A stretch of 64,000 nucleotides of DNA from an archaeon. Its GTDB lineage: Archaea; Nanobdellota; Nanobdellia; Pacearchaeales; GW2011-AR1. The position numbers and the translations under genes are program-made. This document shows positions 63,662-64,000 of the stretch, piece after piece (within the stretch, counting starts at the first letter, position 1; each line of letters starts with the position of its first letter). The notes below the pieces were generated by a model. It did not search any database and had not been told where the DNA came from. It saw only the letters and a list, made by a program, of their open reading frames with translations. Location: NCBI GenBank assembly GCA_018651925.1, contig JABIDC010000009.1, forward strand, positions 16,403 to 80,402. Reading direction: 5' to 3'.

Positions 63662-63728
63662 TTTAAAATTATTTTTAATTTTCTTTGAACAAAAACTTTA
63701 TTAATGAAAAACTCAAAGTTTGTTATAT

Positions 63729-63799
63729 GCGTTGGTAGTATAGTGGCAGTATAACTGGCTTCCAACCAGTTGACCCGGGTTCGAATCCCGGCCGGCGCA
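63729..63799 (+). tRNA. tRNA-Gly (anticodon UCC)
   Basis: The sequence is GCGTTGGTAGTATAGTGGCAGTATAACTGGCTTCCAACCAGTTGACCCGGGTTCGAATCCCGGCCGGCGCA. The anticodon loop is CTTCCAA. Confidence 0.9.
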
Positions 63800-63811
63800 T
63801 CCAAAAACAAA

Positions 63812-64000
63812 ATGAAATTTAAAGATTTTCACGACAAAAATTATAAGCTTTTGCTTTTAATCCCCGCAAGTTTACTCCTTTTATCAATAATTTATTTGGG
63901 AATTTTTTATTCAAATAACGGAGATATAATGAAAAAAGATATTTCTCTTACTGGGGGAACTTCAATTACTATTTATGGGGAAATTTCTCCAGAGCAAATT
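63812..64000 (+). CDS. Protein-export membrane protein SecF/SecD-like, N-terminal fragment (continues beyond the window)
   Basis: MKFKDFHDKNYKLLLLIPASLLLLSIIYLGIFY...DISLTGGTSITIY shows one TM followed by the GIDFTGGT-like motif of SecD/F. Confidence 0.5.
   Translation, partial: MKFKDFHDKNYKLLLLIPASLLLLSIIYLGIFYSNNGDIMKKDISLTGGTSITIYGEISPEQI

Overview
This window is a strongly AT-rich, gene-dense archaeal chromosome segment with many 1-11 nt gene overlaps. TGA, TAA and TAG all act as stop codons. The core genes are clearly archaeal: RadA, PolD DP1/DP2, Orc1/Cdc6, RPA, a RecJ/GAN-like DHH protein, EndoQ, Hef helicase and XPF nuclease, aIF2-alpha, aEF-1beta, Nop10, RNAP subunits Rpo3/Rpo4/Rpo10, r-proteins uS15/uS9/uL13/eL18/uS11/uS4/uS13/eL21, RNase P Rpr2, a 5S rRNA and five tRNAs, one with an intron. 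The small streamlined proteins and the many Cys-rich secreted proteins suggest a DPANN-type (Woese-/Pacearchaeota-like) episymbiont, but that is inference only. Four regions stand out. (1) A 15.6-kb run of genes on one strand (11.1-26.7 kb) looks like a type IV pilus system. It holds a FlaI/VirB11-type ATPase, a candidate polytopic platform protein, at least seven class-III-signal pilin-like genes, an A24 prepilin peptidase and an embedded 1541-aa adhesin-like giant protein. Next to the giant gene is a paralogous small gene interrupted by an in-frame TGA exactly where the giant protein has a Trp. (2) A predicted replication origin (51.4-51.8 kb) lies upstream of orc1-DP1-DP2, with two inverted ORB-like boxes. 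(3) A putative mobile island (about 52.5-57.9 kb) carries a serine recombinase, a catalytic-domain-less recombinase paralog, two paralogous coiled-coil/HTH proteins, an RRM protein, a Kazal-like secreted protein and clustered GTTTAAACA palindromes. (4) Two paralogous secreted proteins built of CxDSDGG Cys-rich repeats flank an agmatinase gene. No CRISPR array was seen. All domain calls come from reading the translations, and no searches were run.
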